Assembly: GCA_964553335.1 (NCBI GenBank)
Contig: CAZKKW010000001.1
Coordinates: forward strand, 4,645 to 68,644
DNA: 64,000 bases
Direction: 5' to 3'
From: an uncultured Hyphomicrobiales bacterium
GTDB taxonomy: Bacteria > Pseudomonadota > Alphaproteobacteria > Rhizobiales > JACESI01
The translations under genes and the position numbers were made by a program. Numbering within the stretch: the first letter of the stretch is position 1; every line of letters starts with the position of its first letter. Below, one piece after another: positions 10,258-21,562 of the stretch. The notes under the pieces were generated by a model. It saw nothing but the letters and a program-made list of their open reading frames with translations, made no database searches and was not told the origin of the DNA.

Positions 10258-11514
10258 TTGAGCGATAAACTTTCACGTAGAGGCTTTCTTGCCGGTAGTG
10301 CTGCTGCAATGTCTTCAATGGCGGCTGGCCTAAATGGCGCGGCTGCAGAGACAGATCAGATTTCCAATTTTTTGCAAAGTGAAAACCTAGCAGAATGGAA
10401 TGATGGATTTGATGCTTTATCGTCTGCGAAAAAGGTCAGAAATTTTCAACCAACATTATCGCCGACATCTGTTCGCGATATCGAAAACTCGCTTCGTGAA
10501 TATTCACAGCTCGTGAATAATGGTGGTTGGAACAAGGTTCCTGTTACGAAAAAACTAAGACTTGGAGCACGCGACGAAAGTGTTCGCGCGCTTCGTCGTC
10601 GTTTGGCCATTTCAAAAGACCTTGATGGTGGCCTTGTTAATTCTACTGTGTTTGATTCATACGTTGAAGCAGCAGTTAGAAACTTTCAGGCTCGTCACGG
10701 CATGGCCGTTGACGGGGTGATTGGCCAGCTGACATTGGCAGCACTTAATGTTCCTGCTGAAGTTCGTTTCCGCCAGCTTGAAACCAACCTTGTGCGTTTG
10801 CGCTCGCTTTCAGGCTATCTTGGCAATCGCTACGTGATGGTGAATGTGCCGGCAGCAATCATTGAAACTGTAAATGATGGCCGCATTCATTCGCGCCACA
10901 CTGCAGTTGTTGGCAAAATCGATAGACAAACGCCAATTTTGAACAGCAAAATTCATCAGGTGAATTTCAATCCATTCTGGACTGTACCTCGCAGCATTAT
11001 TCGTAAAGACTTAATCCCGATAATGCAGAAAGAACCTCAGTATCTGACAAATCATTCAATTCGTATTTTTGCGCCAGATGGGACAGAGATTCCGCCAGAA
11101 AAACTCGATTGGACGACAGAAGAAGCGGTGAATTATCGTTTCCGCCAAGACCCGGGTGAGAAAAATTCATTGGGCCAAATGCGGATCAACTTTAAGAATC
11201 CGCATGCCGTCTATCTTCACGATACACCGAATAAAAATTTGTTTGGCAAAGAAGTACGCTTCCATTCATCCGGTTGCGTTCGGGTTCAAAATGTTCGCGA
11301 ATTCGTTCAGTGGCTCTTAAAAGACACCCCTGGTTGGGCGCGACCAAACATCGACCAGACGATCAAAGGTGGCGAACGTATTAACGCCAATATGACGAGG
11401 GCAGTGCCGCTTTATCTAACCTATGTCACGGCTTGGGGCTCGCCAGATGGTGTGGTTCATTTCCGCGATGATGTTTATAATCGTGACGGATTAGGCCCAA
11501 TCGCACTTCGCTAA
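10258..11514 (+). CDS. L,D-transpeptidase with peptidoglycan-binding domain (YcbB-like), Tat signal
   Basis: TTG start 7 nt after AGGAG. It has an SRRGFLAGSAAA twin-arginine leader, a PG_binding_1-like segment (FQARHGMAVDGVIGQLTLAALN) and the YkuD catalytic motif HSSGCVRV. Confidence 0.9.
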   Translation: MSDKLSRRGFLAGSAAAMSSMAAGLNGAAAETDQISNFLQSENLAEWNDGFDALSSAKKVRNFQPTLSPTSVRDIENSLREYSQLVNNGGWNKVPVTKKLRLGARDESVRALRRRLAISKDLDGGLVNSTVFDSYVEAAVRNFQARHGMAVDGVIGQLTLAALNVPAEVRFRQLETNLVRLRSLSGYLGNRYVMVNVPAAIIETVNDGRIHSRHTAVVGKIDRQTPILNSKIHQVNFNPFWTVPRSIIRKDLIPIMQKEPQYLTNHSIRIFAPDGTEIPPEKLDWTTEEAVNYRFRQDPGEKNSLGQMRINFKNPHAVYLHDTPNKNLFGKEVRFHSSGCVRVQNVREFVQWLLKDTPGWARPNIDQTIKGGERINANMTRAVPLYLTYVTAWGSPDGVVHFRDDVYNRDGLGPIALR

Positions 11515-11570
11515 GGCTGAAGGTGGGCACGCTGATGCGTGAACGGGGTGACAAAGTATAGGAGCGCGTG

Positions 11571-11813
11571 ATGAGTGAAGCGACATTCTATCTCGAGTTC
11601 CTGACTATGGGTAATCAAGTCAAAGTCATGGCCATTGATCCTGAAACAGGGATCGAAGTTTCCATCATCGCGCCCCAAACAGCTTCGCAATCAGAAATGA
11701 GTAATGTGGCGGTTGAAAAACTGAAGCGTCGCATTAAACAAGAGGCTGAACAAGAAACCGCAAAAGCGAGCAAAAGCCCCGTTGACAGTTCAGGGCGCGG
11801 CATTTTGGTATAA
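11571..11813 (+). CDS. small conserved-looking hypothetical protein
   Basis: AGGAG lies 6 nt upstream of the ATG at 11571. The 80-aa product is soluble with a charged C-terminus. I could not assign a family. Confidence 0.55.
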   Translation: MSEATFYLEFLTMGNQVKVMAIDPETGIEVSIIAPQTASQSEMSNVAVEKLKRRIKQEAEQETAKASKSPVDSSGRGILV

Positions 11814-12015
11814 ACGCCAATATCCCCTTGAGTTTTCCACAGACTCCGTTACATAGAGCGCCTTGATGTTAGGGCGCCTGATAATCCTGTTTGCGATAAT
11901 CCTATTTTGATTTTCCATGCATGGTCCAACATCACTTTGAATTCTAAACGCTCTTCGTTTGGACGTGGAGGAGTAAACCAACCCAAAAGCAGTTGATTGC
12001 TTTAAGGAGAATAAA

Positions 12016-13329
12016 TTGTCCGCTGATAAAAATAACCACTGCACACCTTATGCCGCTGATTTCTTTTCAAAAAGAGTTGCTGACACAGATCCTGTTGTCG
12101 CTGCAGCCATTGCAAAAGAACATGGACGTCAGTCCCAAGAAATTGAGTTGATTGCGTCAGAAAACATTGCCTCACGCGCTGTTTTGGATGCACAAGGCTC
12201 GGTGATGACGAACAAATATGCAGAAGGCTACTCCGGTCGGCGCTATTATGGTGGTTGTCACTACGTTGATTTGGTTGAAGATGCAGCAATTGATCGCGCG
12301 AAAGAGCTGTTTGACTGCGGTTTTGCCAATGTTCAGCCAAATTCAGGCAGTCAGGCAAACCAAGCGGTGGCTCTTGCGCTTCTTAAGCCGGGCGACACCA
12401 TTTTGGGTATGAGCCTCGATGCAGGTGGGCACTTGACCCACGGTGCGAAACCAAACTTGTCAGGGAAATGGTTTAACCCTGTGCAATATGGTGTGAAGGA
12501 AAGCGACGGTCAGATTGATTACGATCAAGTACGCGCTTTAGCCCATGAGCATAAGCCTAAAATGATCATTGCGGGTGGTTCTGCCTATAGCCCAATCATT
12601 GATTTTGCGAAATTCCGCGAGATTGCTGATGAAGTGGAGGCATATTTGCACGTCGATATGGCGCATTTTGCCGGTCTTGTTGCTGGTGGTGCCCATCCAA
12701 GCCCATTCCCACATGCGCACGTTGCAACAACCACGACCCACAAAACTCTACGTGGTCCTCGTGGTGGCATGGTTTTGACTAATGATGAGGCAATTGCCAA
12801 GAAAATCAATTCAGCCGTCTTCCCAGGCCTTCAAGGTGGCCCATTGATGCATGTTATTGCTGGTAAAGCAGTGGCATTTGGAGAAGCGCTGACCCCTGAA
12901 TATAAAACCTATATCGCGCAAGTTGTTGAAAATGCTAAAGCATTAGCAAACAATTTGATCGGCAATGGTTTTGATATCGTCTCAGGTGGAACAGACACCC
13001 ATTTGATGTTGGTTGACCTTCGTCCGAAAGGTTTGACGGGTAATGTGGCTGAGAAAGCACTTGGTCGTGCCTTCATTACCTGTAATAAAAACGGCGTACC
13101 TTTTGATCCTGAAAAACCAATGGTAACATCTGGTATCCGCCTTGGTACGCCAGCTGCAACGACCCGTGGTTTTGGTGTTGCTGAATTCCAACAAGTGGGT
13201 GATTTGATCACTGAGGTACTTGATGGATTGAAAGCAAACGGCGAAGAGGGTAATGCTAGTGTTGAAACGGCTGTCCGCGAGAAAGTGATAGCATTGACCT
13301 CACGTTTCCCGATTTACGGCGAACTCTAG
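12016..13329 (+). CDS. glyA: serine hydroxymethyltransferase
   Basis: 437 aa with [22 protein letters not shown] and [14 protein letters not shown] (PLP lysine) motifs. AAGGAG precedes the TTG start. Confidence 0.97.
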   Translation: MSADKNNHCTPYAADFFSKRVADTDPVVAAAIAKEHGRQSQEIELIASENIASRAVLDAQGSVMTNKYAEGYSGRRYYGGCHYVDLVEDAAIDRAKELFDCGFANVQPNSGSQANQAVALALLKPGDTILGMSLDAGGHLTHGAKPNLSGKWFNPVQYGVKESDGQIDYDQVRALAHEHKPKMIIAGGSAYSPIIDFAKFREIADEVEAYLHVDMAHFAGLVAGGAHPSPFPHAHVATTTTHKTLRGPRGGMVLTNDEAIAKKINSAVFPGLQGGPLMHVIAGKAVAFGEALTPEYKTYIAQVVENAKALANNLIGNGFDIVSGGTDTHLMLVDLRPKGLTGNVAEKALGRAFITCNKNGVPFDPEKPMVTSGIRLGTPAATTRGFGVAEFQQVGDLITEVLDGLKANGEEGNASVETAVREKVIALTSRFPIYGEL

Positions 13330-13349
13330 CGAAAAGTGAATTCTGGCCC

Positions 13350-13826
13350 ATGCGATGTCCTTTCTGTCTAAGCGATAATACGCAGGTAAAGGATTCACGT
13401 CCTAGCGAAGACAATACGGCCATTCGCCGCAGACGCATTTGTGCAGACTGCGGCGGGCGCTTTACCACGTTCGAGCGCGTTCAACTGCGCGAATTGACCG
13501 TGGCCAAAAAATCTGGCCGTAAAGTTCCCTTTGACCGCGATAAACTTACACGCTCTGTTCAAGTGGCGTTGAGAAAGCGCAATGTTGACCCTGACCGGAT
13601 TGATCGGCTTGTCAGTGGTATTGTGCGACAGCTTGAAAGTTCTGGTGAGGCTGAGATTGAATCAGAACAAGTTGGCCAGCTTATTATGCAGCGGCTAAAA
13701 GAGCTTGATGATGTGGCTTACGTTCGGTTTGCCTCTGTCTATCGCAACTTTCGCGAGGCGAAAGACTTCGCTGCCGTTTTGGGTGAATTATCTCCTGAAG
13801 AAGATAATTTGCCGGATGACGAGTGA
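13350..13826 (+). CDS. nrdR: transcriptional repressor NrdR (Zn-ribbon/ATP-cone)
   Basis: [42 protein letters not shown] followed by an ATP-cone; 158 aa. Confidence 0.96.
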   Translation: MRCPFCLSDNTQVKDSRPSEDNTAIRRRRICADCGGRFTTFERVQLRELTVAKKSGRKVPFDRDKLTRSVQVALRKRNVDPDRIDRLVSGIVRQLESSGEAEIESEQVGQLIMQRLKELDDVAYVRFASVYRNFREAKDFAAVLGELSPEEDNLPDDE

Positions 13827-13829
13827 CCC

Positions 13830-14984
13830 ATGTCTTGCGATCAGCAAAGTGTTCAACTTGATAATTTGATGATCGATCTTGATCGGCGTTTCTTAAACGC
13901 GTCGATTGATCTGGGCTATAAGTACATTGGACGAACCGCCCCGAACCCCTCTGTGGGCGCTATCATTGTACGTTTTGAGAGTGACGGTCCAAAAGTTGTT
14001 GGTCGCGGTGTAACGGGTGACGGTGGGCGGCCTCATGGTGAGGTTGCAGCCCTTAGTGAAGCAGGGGAACTTGCACAAGGTGCAACGTGTTATGTGAGCT
14101 TGGAGCCATGTGCCCACCACGGAAAGACACCGCCTTGCGTTGAAGCGCTTTTGCACGCTGGCATTGCTCGCGTTGTTATTGCAATGGAAGACCCTGACCC
14201 TCGTGTTAAAGGCCGTGGCACTTCTTTTTTGCGTGAGAATGGGATCACTGTTTTTGAATTTGTTGAAAGTGCCAAAGCGCTCAGAGCGAACCTCGGGCAT
14301 ATTACGCGTATCCAACTTGCGCGGCCTGCCGTCACCTTGAAACTTGCTGTTTCAAAAGACGGTAAGATTGGCCGCAAAGGCGAGGGCTTCATCAAAATCA
14401 CCAATGATTTATCCCGTAGAGCCGCTCATGCCATGCGTGCGCGTTCTGATACGGTGTTGGTTGGTATTGGGACAATCCTTGCTGATGATCCAGATCTAAC
14501 ATGCCGATTGCCGGGTTTGGAAAGCTGGTCAAAGCCACGCTTGATACTGGATACCAAAGCCCAAACACCGCTTGATGCGAAGCTGTTTGATAAAATTGAC
14601 GATGTACCGGTCCACATTGTTGTGGGTGAAGAAGCTGATGAGAGTAAAGTGATTGCTCTTGAAGAACGCGGTGCTGGTTTAATCCGTATGGAAAACACAG
14701 GCAAAGAGCTGGTTCTTGAAAGCTTGTTGATGCGTCTGGCGGAAGAGGGGATGACAAACCTCTTTGTTGAAGGCGGTCAGCAAGTAGCAAGTGCGTTTTT
14801 GGATGCTGGTTTGGTGGATCGTGTCCACCTGTTCCACGGCCAAGAAGAACTTGGCGATGTTGACACTATTCACCCCCTTACTGACAATCGCGATATTTCT
14901 GACGTGTTGCCATCGGCTGGTTTTGAAATTGTCGATACAGCCAATTACGACGGCGATCTGCTGGAAACGTGGGAGCGATCCTAG
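13830..14984 (+). CDS. ribD: bifunctional riboflavin biosynthesis protein RibD (deaminase/reductase)
   Basis: Deaminase motifs HGEVAAL and PCAHHGKTPPC, plus a C-terminal reductase domain. The stop abuts the ribE start. Confidence 0.95.
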   Translation: MSCDQQSVQLDNLMIDLDRRFLNASIDLGYKYIGRTAPNPSVGAIIVRFESDGPKVVGRGVTGDGGRPHGEVAALSEAGELAQGATCYVSLEPCAHHGKTPPCVEALLHAGIARVVIAMEDPDPRVKGRGTSFLRENGITVFEFVESAKALRANLGHITRIQLARPAVTLKLAVSKDGKIGRKGEGFIKITNDLSRRAAHAMRARSDTVLVGIGTILADDPDLTCRLPGLESWSKPRLILDTKAQTPLDAKLFDKIDDVPVHIVVGEEADESKVIALEERGAGLIRMENTGKELVLESLLMRLAEEGMTNLFVEGGQQVASAFLDAGLVDRVHLFHGQEELGDVDTIHPLTDNRDISDVLPSAGFEIVDTANYDGDLLETWERS

Positions 14985-15596
14985 ATGTTTACCGGTATTG
15001 TCACAGATCAAGGTAAAATCTTAGTCGCTGAAGATCGCCCAAGTGGCCGTTATTTCAAGGTTACAACAGCCTATGACGCTGAAGGCATTGATATTGGCGC
15101 TTCTATTTCCTGCAATGGTTGCTGTTTAACGGTGACTGAATTATCTGCCAAAGGTGAACCCAATTGGTTTACCGTTGAAGCATGGGCGGAAGCTTTAGAA
15201 CTTACCAATGCGGTTAACTGGCAAGTTGGCACAACGATCAACTTAGAGCGATCACTCAAGCATGGCGATGAATATGGTGGTCATATGGTGAGCGGTCATG
15301 TGGATGGCGTTGCTGAAATCACAAAGGTCGAACAAGAGGGCGAGGCAACGCGCTTCACGCTCAAAGCACCTGATCATTTAGCCAAGTTTATTGTACCCAA
15401 AGGATCGGTGACACTTGATGGAACCTCTCTCACTGTGAATAGAGTAGAGGGCGCGACATTTGACGTTTTGATCATCCGCCACACACTTGAAGTGACCACA
15501 TGGGGCCATTTGGGTGAGGGTGACAGGATAAATCTCGAAGTTGACCAGATTGCACGCTATGTTGTTAGCCTTATGGAACGGCAACAGTCGCTTTAA
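14985..15596 (+). CDS. ribE: riboflavin synthase alpha chain
   Basis: MFTGIVTDQGKI start, a duplicated lumazine-binding repeat (GASISCNGCCLTV / GSVTLDGTSLTV), 203 aa. Confidence 0.95.
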   Translation: MFTGIVTDQGKILVAEDRPSGRYFKVTTAYDAEGIDIGASISCNGCCLTVTELSAKGEPNWFTVEAWAEALELTNAVNWQVGTTINLERSLKHGDEYGGHMVSGHVDGVAEITKVEQEGEATRFTLKAPDHLAKFIVPKGSVTLDGTSLTVNRVEGATFDVLIIRHTLEVTTWGHLGEGDRINLEVDQIARYVVSLMERQQSL

Positions 15597-15674
15597 CGCA
15601 CATAATGCTGGACAAGCGCCCTTAGCTGTGGTGCAAGCACCCTTCAACGACGCATTTAAAACAGGTATTGCAAA

Positions 15675-16136
15675 ATGGCCGCAAAAGCCCCCAAACTTCT
15701 GATTATCGAAGCCCCTTATTATGAAGATATTTCTGCCGCTCTTCGCGAAGGTGCTGAGGCGGCACTTAAGGCGGCGGGCGCAAGCTTTGATGCGATCGCT
15801 GTGCCGGGTGTGTTGGAGATTCCAGCAGCCGTTGCAATCACTCTTGAGGCGATTGAAACAGGGCGCGTCCATTATGATGGTTTTGTTCTTCTAGGCTGTG
15901 TCATTCGTGGTGAAACCACCCATTATGATATTGTCGCTAATGAATCAGCACGTGCCATCATGGACCTTAGCGTGTCGTCACCTGTCGGCATTGGTAATGG
16001 CATTCAAACGGTTGAGAATGAAGATCAAGCATGGGCGCGGGCGAAGATGTCTGACAAAGACAAAGGCGGCGGCGCGGCAAGGGCGGCTCTGGCCATGATT
16101 GAACTGTCAAACAAGATGCTGGGACAATCAGCATAA
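15675..16136 (+). CDS. ribH: 6,7-dimethyl-8-ribityllumazine synthase
   Basis: 153 aa with VPGVLEIP and GETTHYDIV motifs. The stop overlaps the nusB start (TAATG). Confidence 0.94.
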   Translation: MAAKAPKLLIIEAPYYEDISAALREGAEAALKAAGASFDAIAVPGVLEIPAAVAITLEAIETGRVHYDGFVLLGCVIRGETTHYDIVANESARAIMDLSVSSPVGIGNGIQTVENEDQAWARAKMSDKDKGGGAARAALAMIELSNKMLGQSA

Positions 16137-16627
16137 TGGCTGGCCAAACAAACGATAAATCACTTGATAAGCCCGTCAATAAGCGCGGAGCTGCAAGACT
16201 TGCGGCTGTTCAAGCCCTTTACCAAATGGAACTCAGCGGCGCGACCTTGCCTGAGATCGTTGCAGAATATGAAGAGACGAGACTGGGCAGTGATATTGAT
16301 GGCGATCAATATTTGGAAGCAGACAGCGCCTATTTCCGTGGCCTCATTGCTGGGGTGGTGGGAGATCAAAAAACCATCGACCCCGAAATCAATGATGCGT
16401 TGACGCCAGACTGGCCTTTAAGCCGGATAGACATCACGCTTCGCTCGGTCCTTCGTTGTGGAACGTTTGAACTGCAAAAGCGCAAAGACGTTCCCGCCCG
16501 CGTGATCATCAATGAATATGTCAATGTGGCTAAGGCCTTTTTTGAAATTGATGAACCGCGTATGGTCAACGGCGTGCTTGATCGTTTGGCGCGAAAGCAC
16601 CGCGAAGACGAGGTTGATCGTAAGTAA
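16136..16627 (+). CDS. nusB: transcription antitermination factor NusB
   Basis: 163 aa with [16 protein letters not shown] and the conserved rib-nusB linkage. Confidence 0.94.
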   Translation: MAGQTNDKSLDKPVNKRGAARLAAVQALYQMELSGATLPEIVAEYEETRLGSDIDGDQYLEADSAYFRGLIAGVVGDQKTIDPEINDALTPDWPLSRIDITLRSVLRCGTFELQKRKDVPARVIINEYVNVAKAFFEIDEPRMVNGVLDRLARKHREDEVDRK

Positions 16628-16635
16628 GGGTCTCA

Positions 16636-17625
16636 ATGCAAGATAAGCCCAGCGAATTTGAACTGATTGAGCGCTATCTGCGCCCACTTGCAACGGACCC
16701 GTGTGCTTTCTCGCTGAAAGATGATGCCGCAATCTTGGATGTGCCGTCAGGTCAGCAACTGGTGGTGAGTAAAGACTTGCTGATTGAGGGGCGTCATTTC
16801 TTCGCCGATGATGCGCCAAAACTGATCGCTCAAAAAGCAGTCCGCAGCAATGTTTCTGACCTCATATCAAAAGGGGCGAAGCCTTATCGCTATAGCCTCG
16901 GTCTCGCATTTTCACAGCCTCCATCTCATTCCTTCATTGAGGCGTTTGCGGAAGGGTTGCAGGAAGATCAAACAAAATATGATTGGTCATTGATTGGTGG
17001 TGATACGACAAAAAGCCCATCTGATTTTATGATTTCAATCACCGCTTACGGTCTTTGCGGCGAGGGGCAAATGGTGCGGCGCTCAGGGGCTAAGGTTGGC
17101 GATCAGCTTTATGTAAGCGGCACACTTGGCGATAGCGCGCTTGGTCTTTGTCTTCGTCAAAAGCCAGAGTTGTTCACTTCATTGGATGGTGAGGCGCAAA
17201 CTTATTTGAAGGATGCCTATTTGCTGCCGCAGCCACCAAACGGTCTGGAGGGCGCAATTTCAAGATATGCCTCAGCTTCGATGGATATTTCTGACGGGTT
17301 GTTTTCCGATCTCGCTCATATGTGCCGTGCAAGCGGGGTTTCTGCGACGGTCGACGATCAAGCCATCCCATTAAGTGATGCGGCAAAAGCCGCGATTGCA
17401 GCCGAGCGGAGCTTGCTAAAAACGACGCTTATTGGGGGGGATGATTATCAATGTTTGATAGCCGTCTCACCTGAGCAAGAAGAGGCGTTTAAGGGTCTAT
17501 GCGCTGATAAAAAACTTAAAATCCAAAAAATAGGTGACTTTACAAATCTAACTGAACCATTGTTCCAATTAACAAATGGTGGTGAGCACTTGAGTGGTGA
17601 GTTGAACGGGTTTACTCATTTTTAG
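16636..17625 (+). CDS. thiL: thiamine-monophosphate kinase
   Basis: 329 aa with an AIR-synthase-like fold (FELIERYLRPL, DDAAIL, GGDTT). The nusB-thiL synteny is conserved. Confidence 0.9.
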   Translation: MQDKPSEFELIERYLRPLATDPCAFSLKDDAAILDVPSGQQLVVSKDLLIEGRHFFADDAPKLIAQKAVRSNVSDLISKGAKPYRYSLGLAFSQPPSHSFIEAFAEGLQEDQTKYDWSLIGGDTTKSPSDFMISITAYGLCGEGQMVRRSGAKVGDQLYVSGTLGDSALGLCLRQKPELFTSLDGEAQTYLKDAYLLPQPPNGLEGAISRYASASMDISDGLFSDLAHMCRASGVSATVDDQAIPLSDAAKAAIAAERSLLKTTLIGGDDYQCLIAVSPEQEEAFKGLCADKKLKIQKIGDFTNLTEPLFQLTNGGEHLSGELNGFTHF

Positions 17626-17630
17626 GTCGA

Positions 17631-17852
17631 TTGATCATCGTTTATGGGAAACAGTTAGGCCAACAATGTCATCCTCTTTTTGGGGCAATGGCTGCAGCCT
17701 TGTTCATGCGCCGGTTTGGCCGCCGAGCTGGTTTGCTGCTTGGTTTGGCCATAGGGGTTTTTGCGGGTATAGGGTTCCCATTGGTGGGAACTTGCGCGGT
17801 TGTTTTGTTGGCTCAACGCCAATCAATTGCAGCATTTGAAGCCAGATTTTGA
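17631..17852 (+). CDS. possible small membrane protein (weak call)
   Basis: 73-aa ORF with a TTG start (alternative ATG at 17688), containing two hydrophobic Gly-rich segments. It has no clear RBS and no recognised family. Confidence 0.3.
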   Translation: MIIVYGKQLGQQCHPLFGAMAAALFMRRFGRRAGLLLGLAIGVFAGIGFPLVGTCAVVLLAQRQSIAAFEARF

Positions 17853-18082
17853 TTTTATGTAAGCCAAAAGTAGTAGCGCTCACTGCCATTGAGTTATGAA
17901 TACGCATTTTTCGCCTAAGAATGGCCAGTTCTAACTAAAGTACACTTGATTCAGTTCACAGTTCCGTTAACAGTTCATCCCGATCAATGCATAAATCCAC
18001 TTTTGTGGTTTTATGAATTCTTATCCTTAGGGGGAGGGCATATTTGTCTAGTCTAAGGGTTTAATTGGAGGAAATAACTAAA

Positions 18083-20224
18083 ATGGAAATGACTTTATAT
18101 CTCGTCATGGCTGGCGGATTGTTGTCTTTGGTCTATGGGATCTGGGCAACAAAATCTGTGATGGCCGCGAGTGCGGGTAATGAACGGATGCAAGAAATAG
18201 CAGGCGCTATTCAAGAAGGCGCGACCGCTTATCTTTCACGTCAGTATATGACCATTGGTATCGTTGGCGTTGTCGTCCTCGTTATCGCTTGGGCATTGCT
18301 TGGTCCAATCGCGGCGATCGGCTTTGCCATCGGTGCGATCTTGTCAGGTGTTGCTGGCTTTATCGGTATGCTGGTTTCTGTTCGTGCAAACGTACGTACA
18401 GCACAAGCTGCTTCACAAAGCCTTGGTGCAGGACTGGAAATTGCATTTAAGTCTGGTGCCGTCACAGGCATGCTCGTTGCTGGCCTCGCTCTTTTGGGTG
18501 TGACAGTTTACTACTGGGTATTGACCGACATCATGGGGCATGAAAACACAAGCCGCGCAGTTATTGATGGTCTTGTGGCTCTTGGGTTTGGTGCATCACT
18601 AATTTCCATCTTCGCCCGTCTTGGCGGCGGTATCTTTACAAAAGGTGCTGACGTTGGTGGTGACTTGGTTGGTAAGGTTGAAGCTGGTATCCCGGAGGAT
18701 GATCCACGCAACCCTGCAACAATCGCGGATAACGTTGGCGACAACGTTGGTGACTGTGCTGGTATGGCGGCTGACTTGTTTGAAACATATGCTGTGACAG
18801 TTGTTGCAACAATGGTTCTGGCGTCAATCTTCTTTGCTGGCGACAATGCAACTCTTCTTATGGCCTTGCCACTCGTCATCGGCGGTGTGTGTGTGATTAC
18901 ATCAATCATCGGCACATTCTTCGTGAAGCTTGGTTCAAACAACTCAATCATGGGTGCTTTGTATAAAGGCTTTATCGCTTGCGCTGTCTTATCAGCCGTT
19001 GCACTTGCCATCGTCATGTATGGTTGGATCGGTGGAGACACAGAGTTTACAACATCAACAGGAACGACCTTCACAGGTTCTGATCTGTTCTTGTGTATGC
19101 TTGCTGGTCTTATCACCACAGGTCTCATCATCTGGGTGACTGAGTACTACACTGGCGTTGAATACCGCCCTGTACGCTCAATCTCACAAGCATCAGTAAC
19201 TGGCCACGGTACAAACGTGATCCAAGGTCTTGCGGTTTCTCTTGAAGCTTGTGCATTGCCTGCGATCATCATTATCGTTGGTATTTTGGTGACTTACTCA
19301 CTTGCTGGTTTGTTCGGTATCGCGATCACTGTGACTGCAATGTTGGCTTTGGCTGGCTTCGTGGTAGCACTTGATGCGTTTGGTCCTGTAACAGATAACG
19401 CTGGTGGTATTGCTGAGATGGCTGAGCTTCCAAGTGAAGTTCGTTCAACAACAGATGCACTTGATGCGGTTGGTAACACAACCAAAGCGGTGACAAAGGG
19501 TTACGCGATTGGTTCTGCTGGTCTTGGCGCTCTTGTTCTTTTTGCAGCTTACACAGAAGACTTGAAGTTCTTCTCTCAAAGTGCAGCAGAAGGCTCTGTG
19601 TTCCACGGCATCAATGCTGACACACTGTTCAACCTGTCAAACCCATATGTGGTTGCTGGTCTTCTCTTCGGTGGTCTTTTGCCATACCTCTTCGGTGGTA
19701 TGTCGATGACAGCTGTTGGTCGTGCTGGTGGTGCGGTTGTTGAAGAAGTTCGTCGTCAGTTTAAAGCAGACCCAGGCATTATGAAGGGTACTTCTAAGCC
19801 TGATTATGCCCGTGCTGTTGATATGCTGACAAAGGCTGCGATCAAAGAAATGATCATTCCAAGCCTGCTGCCAGTGCTCTCACCGGTCTTCGTGTTCTTC
19901 GTTGTGAAGGCGATCTCTGGCCCTGCTGATGCGTTTGCGGCTCTTGGCGCAATGCTTCTTGGTGTGATCGTGACAGGCTTCTACGTTGCTGTTTCCATGA
20001 CTGCCGGTGGTGGTGCATGGGATAACGCTAAGAAATCTTTTGAAGACGGGTTCGTCGATAAAGATGGCGTGAGCCATGAAAAAGGTGGCGAAGCACACAA
20101 AGCATCTGTCACGGGTGACACTGTTGGCGATCCGTACAAAGATACGGCTGGTCCTGCGGTTAATCCAATGATCAAGATCACAAACATTGTAGCCCTTCTT
20201 CTTCTTGCGGTGCTTGCACACTAA
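18083..20224 (+). CDS. hppA: membrane-bound H+-translocating pyrophosphatase, K+-independent type
   Basis: About 713 aa, polytopic, with [39 protein letters not shown] and [11 protein letters not shown]. As I recall, the GNTTKA motif (Lys rather than Ala) marks the K+-independent class. I prefer the ATG at 18083 to the TTG at 18065. Confidence 0.95.
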   Translation: MEMTLYLVMAGGLLSLVYGIWATKSVMAASAGNERMQEIAGAIQEGATAYLSRQYMTIGIVGVVVLVIAWALLGPIAAIGFAIGAILSGVAGFIGMLVSVRANVRTAQAASQSLGAGLEIAFKSGAVTGMLVAGLALLGVTVYYWVLTDIMGHENTSRAVIDGLVALGFGASLISIFARLGGGIFTKGADVGGDLVGKVEAGIPEDDPRNPATIADNVGDNVGDCAGMAADLFETYAVTVVATMVLASIFFAGDNATLLMALPLVIGGVCVITSIIGTFFVKLGSNNSIMGALYKGFIACAVLSAVALAIVMYGWIGGDTEFTTSTGTTFTGSDLFLCMLAGLITTGLIIWVTEYYTGVEYRPVRSISQASVTGHGTNVIQGLAVSLEACALPAIIIIVGILVTYSLAGLFGIAITVTAMLALAGFVVALDAFGPVTDNAGGIAEMAELPSEVRSTTDALDAVGNTTKAVTKGYAIGSAGLGALVLFAAYTEDLKFFSQSAAEGSVFHGINADTLFNLSNPYVVAGLLFGGLLPYLFGGMSMTAVGRAGGAVVEEVRRQFKADPGIMKGTSKPDYARAVDMLTKAAIKEMIIPSLLPVLSPVFVFFVVKAISGPADAFAALGAMLLGVIVTGFYVAVSMTAGGGAWDNAKKSFEDGFVDKDGVSHEKGGEAHKASVTGDTVGDPYKDTAGPAVNPMIKITNIVALLLLAVLAH

Positions 20225-20248
20225 GAATTAGAAAGACTGCTAAGATTT

Positions 20249-20282
20249 AGGCCCTGCGCATTGCGTGGGGCCTTTTCGTTTT
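20249..20282 (+). terminator. Rho-independent terminator after hppA
   Basis: aggccc (20249-20254) pairs with gggcct (20268-20273) and is followed by tttcgtttt. Confidence 0.6.
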
Positions 20283-20398
20283 GATAGAGCACTCTCGATT
20301 TCTCTATTCGCAAAATGAATTTGCGGCTGCCTGCATTGTGTGCGGTCGATGAGCAAGGCATATTGTCATCAATGAATTGACGCGAGAGGAGCACTGCA

Positions 20399-21562
20399 AT
20401 GGCTGTTATTACAGGTTGGGCCCACACAAAATTTGGCAAGCTTGAAGAAAGAACCGTTCAAGATTTGATCGCGGAAGTGGCGATCGACGCCCTGAAACAC
20501 GCTGAGGTGGAGCCAAAGGACATTGATGCGATCTATGTCGGCAATTTTAACGGCGGCTTCAACGAGCAAGACTTCGCAGCCTCCCTTGTGTCGCTTGCAG
20601 ATGACGCTTTACGTTATACTCCGTCAACGCGAGTAGAAAATGCCTGTGCTACGGGTTCTGCTGCCATCCACCAAGCCATCAATGCAATTGATGCCAATAA
20701 GGCTGGAACAGTTTTAGTGGTCGGCGTTGAAAAGATGACGGAAGTCAGCACGCGTGAAGCAGGCGATCTTTTGCTTCGTTGCTCTTACCACCAAGAAGAA
20801 GCGGGCATCGACGGCGGGTTTGCCGGCGTGTTCGGTCAACTCGCCCAATCTTATTTCCAAAAATATGGCGATCAATCTGAGGCGCTTGCAAAGATTGCAG
20901 CCAAGAACCATGCAAACGGTATGCACAATCCTTATGCGCAAATGCAGCGGGATTTCGGTTTTGATTTTTGCAACACCGTTTCAGAGAAAAACCCGATTGT
21001 TGCCGGTCCATTGCGCCGCACAGATTGTTCCCTCATCACAGATGGCGCCGCCGCTATGGTGTTGACGAACATGGACCGTGCATGGTCTGCACCAAGAGCC
21101 ATTGGTTTCCGTGCCGCGACACAGGTGAATGACTATCTGCCGCTCTCACGCCGTGACAAGACAGAGCTTGCCGGCGCCTCTAACGCTTGGAACAAGGCAC
21201 TTGGTGATTCAGGTCTAACGCTTGATGATTTGTCGCTCGTTGAAACCCATGATTGCTTCACCATTGCAGAACTGATGGAATATGAAGCCATGGGCCTTGT
21301 TGAAAAAGGGCAGGGGCACCGCGCGATTGATGAGGGTATTGTTGCAAAAGACGGCAAGCTTCCAGTTAACGTGTCTGGCGGTCTGAAATCCAAAGGTCAC
21401 CCAATCGGTGCGACGGGTGTTTCCATGCATGCGATTTCCTGTATGCAGCTCATGGGTGAGGCAGGTGACATGCAAATTGATAACGCTAAACTTGCAGGCA
21501 TCTTCAATATGGGCGGCTCGTCTGTTGCAAATTATGTGAGCATCCTAGAGCGGTTACGCTAG
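20399..21562 (+). CDS. thiolase-family acyl-CoA acetyltransferase (SCP-x/non-specific thiolase type)
   Basis: 387 aa with the catalytic Cys context ENACATGSAA, the C-terminal HDCF motif, and GGLKSKGHPIGATG. Confidence 0.88.
   Translation: MAVITGWAHTKFGKLEERTVQDLIAEVAIDALKHAEVEPKDIDAIYVGNFNGGFNEQDFAASLVSLADDALRYTPSTRVENACATGSAAIHQAINAIDANKAGTVLVVGVEKMTEVSTREAGDLLLRCSYHQEEAGIDGGFAGVFGQLAQSYFQKYGDQSEALAKIAAKNHANGMHNPYAQMQRDFGFDFCNTVSEKNPIVAGPLRRTDCSLITDGAAAMVLTNMDRAWSAPRAIGFRAATQVNDYLPLSRRDKTELAGASNAWNKALGDSGLTLDDLSLVETHDCFTIAELMEYEAMGLVEKGQGHRAIDEGIVAKDGKLPVNVSGGLKSKGHPIGATGVSMHAISCMQLMGEAGDMQIDNAKLAGIFNMGGSSVANYVSILERLR

Noticed and set aside
11814-12015. ZTP/THF-type riboswitch upstream of glyA
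   Set aside because: I saw no CCGCCTGGGC-like ZTP pseudoknot element or THF aptamer core. Only a weak 5-bp hairpin and short repeats are present.
15597-15674. FMN riboswitch between ribE and ribH
   Set aside because: At 78 bp, the gap is too short for the ~130-nt FMN aptamer, and it lacks the conserved AGGATAGTGAAAG/GGGCGG-type segments.
18511-19131. 206-aa ORF on the minus strand
   Set aside because: It lies entirely antisense to the unmistakable H+-pyrophosphatase gene. The composition is low-complexity (P/S/T/A-rich), typical of a shadow ORF, and there is no RBS.
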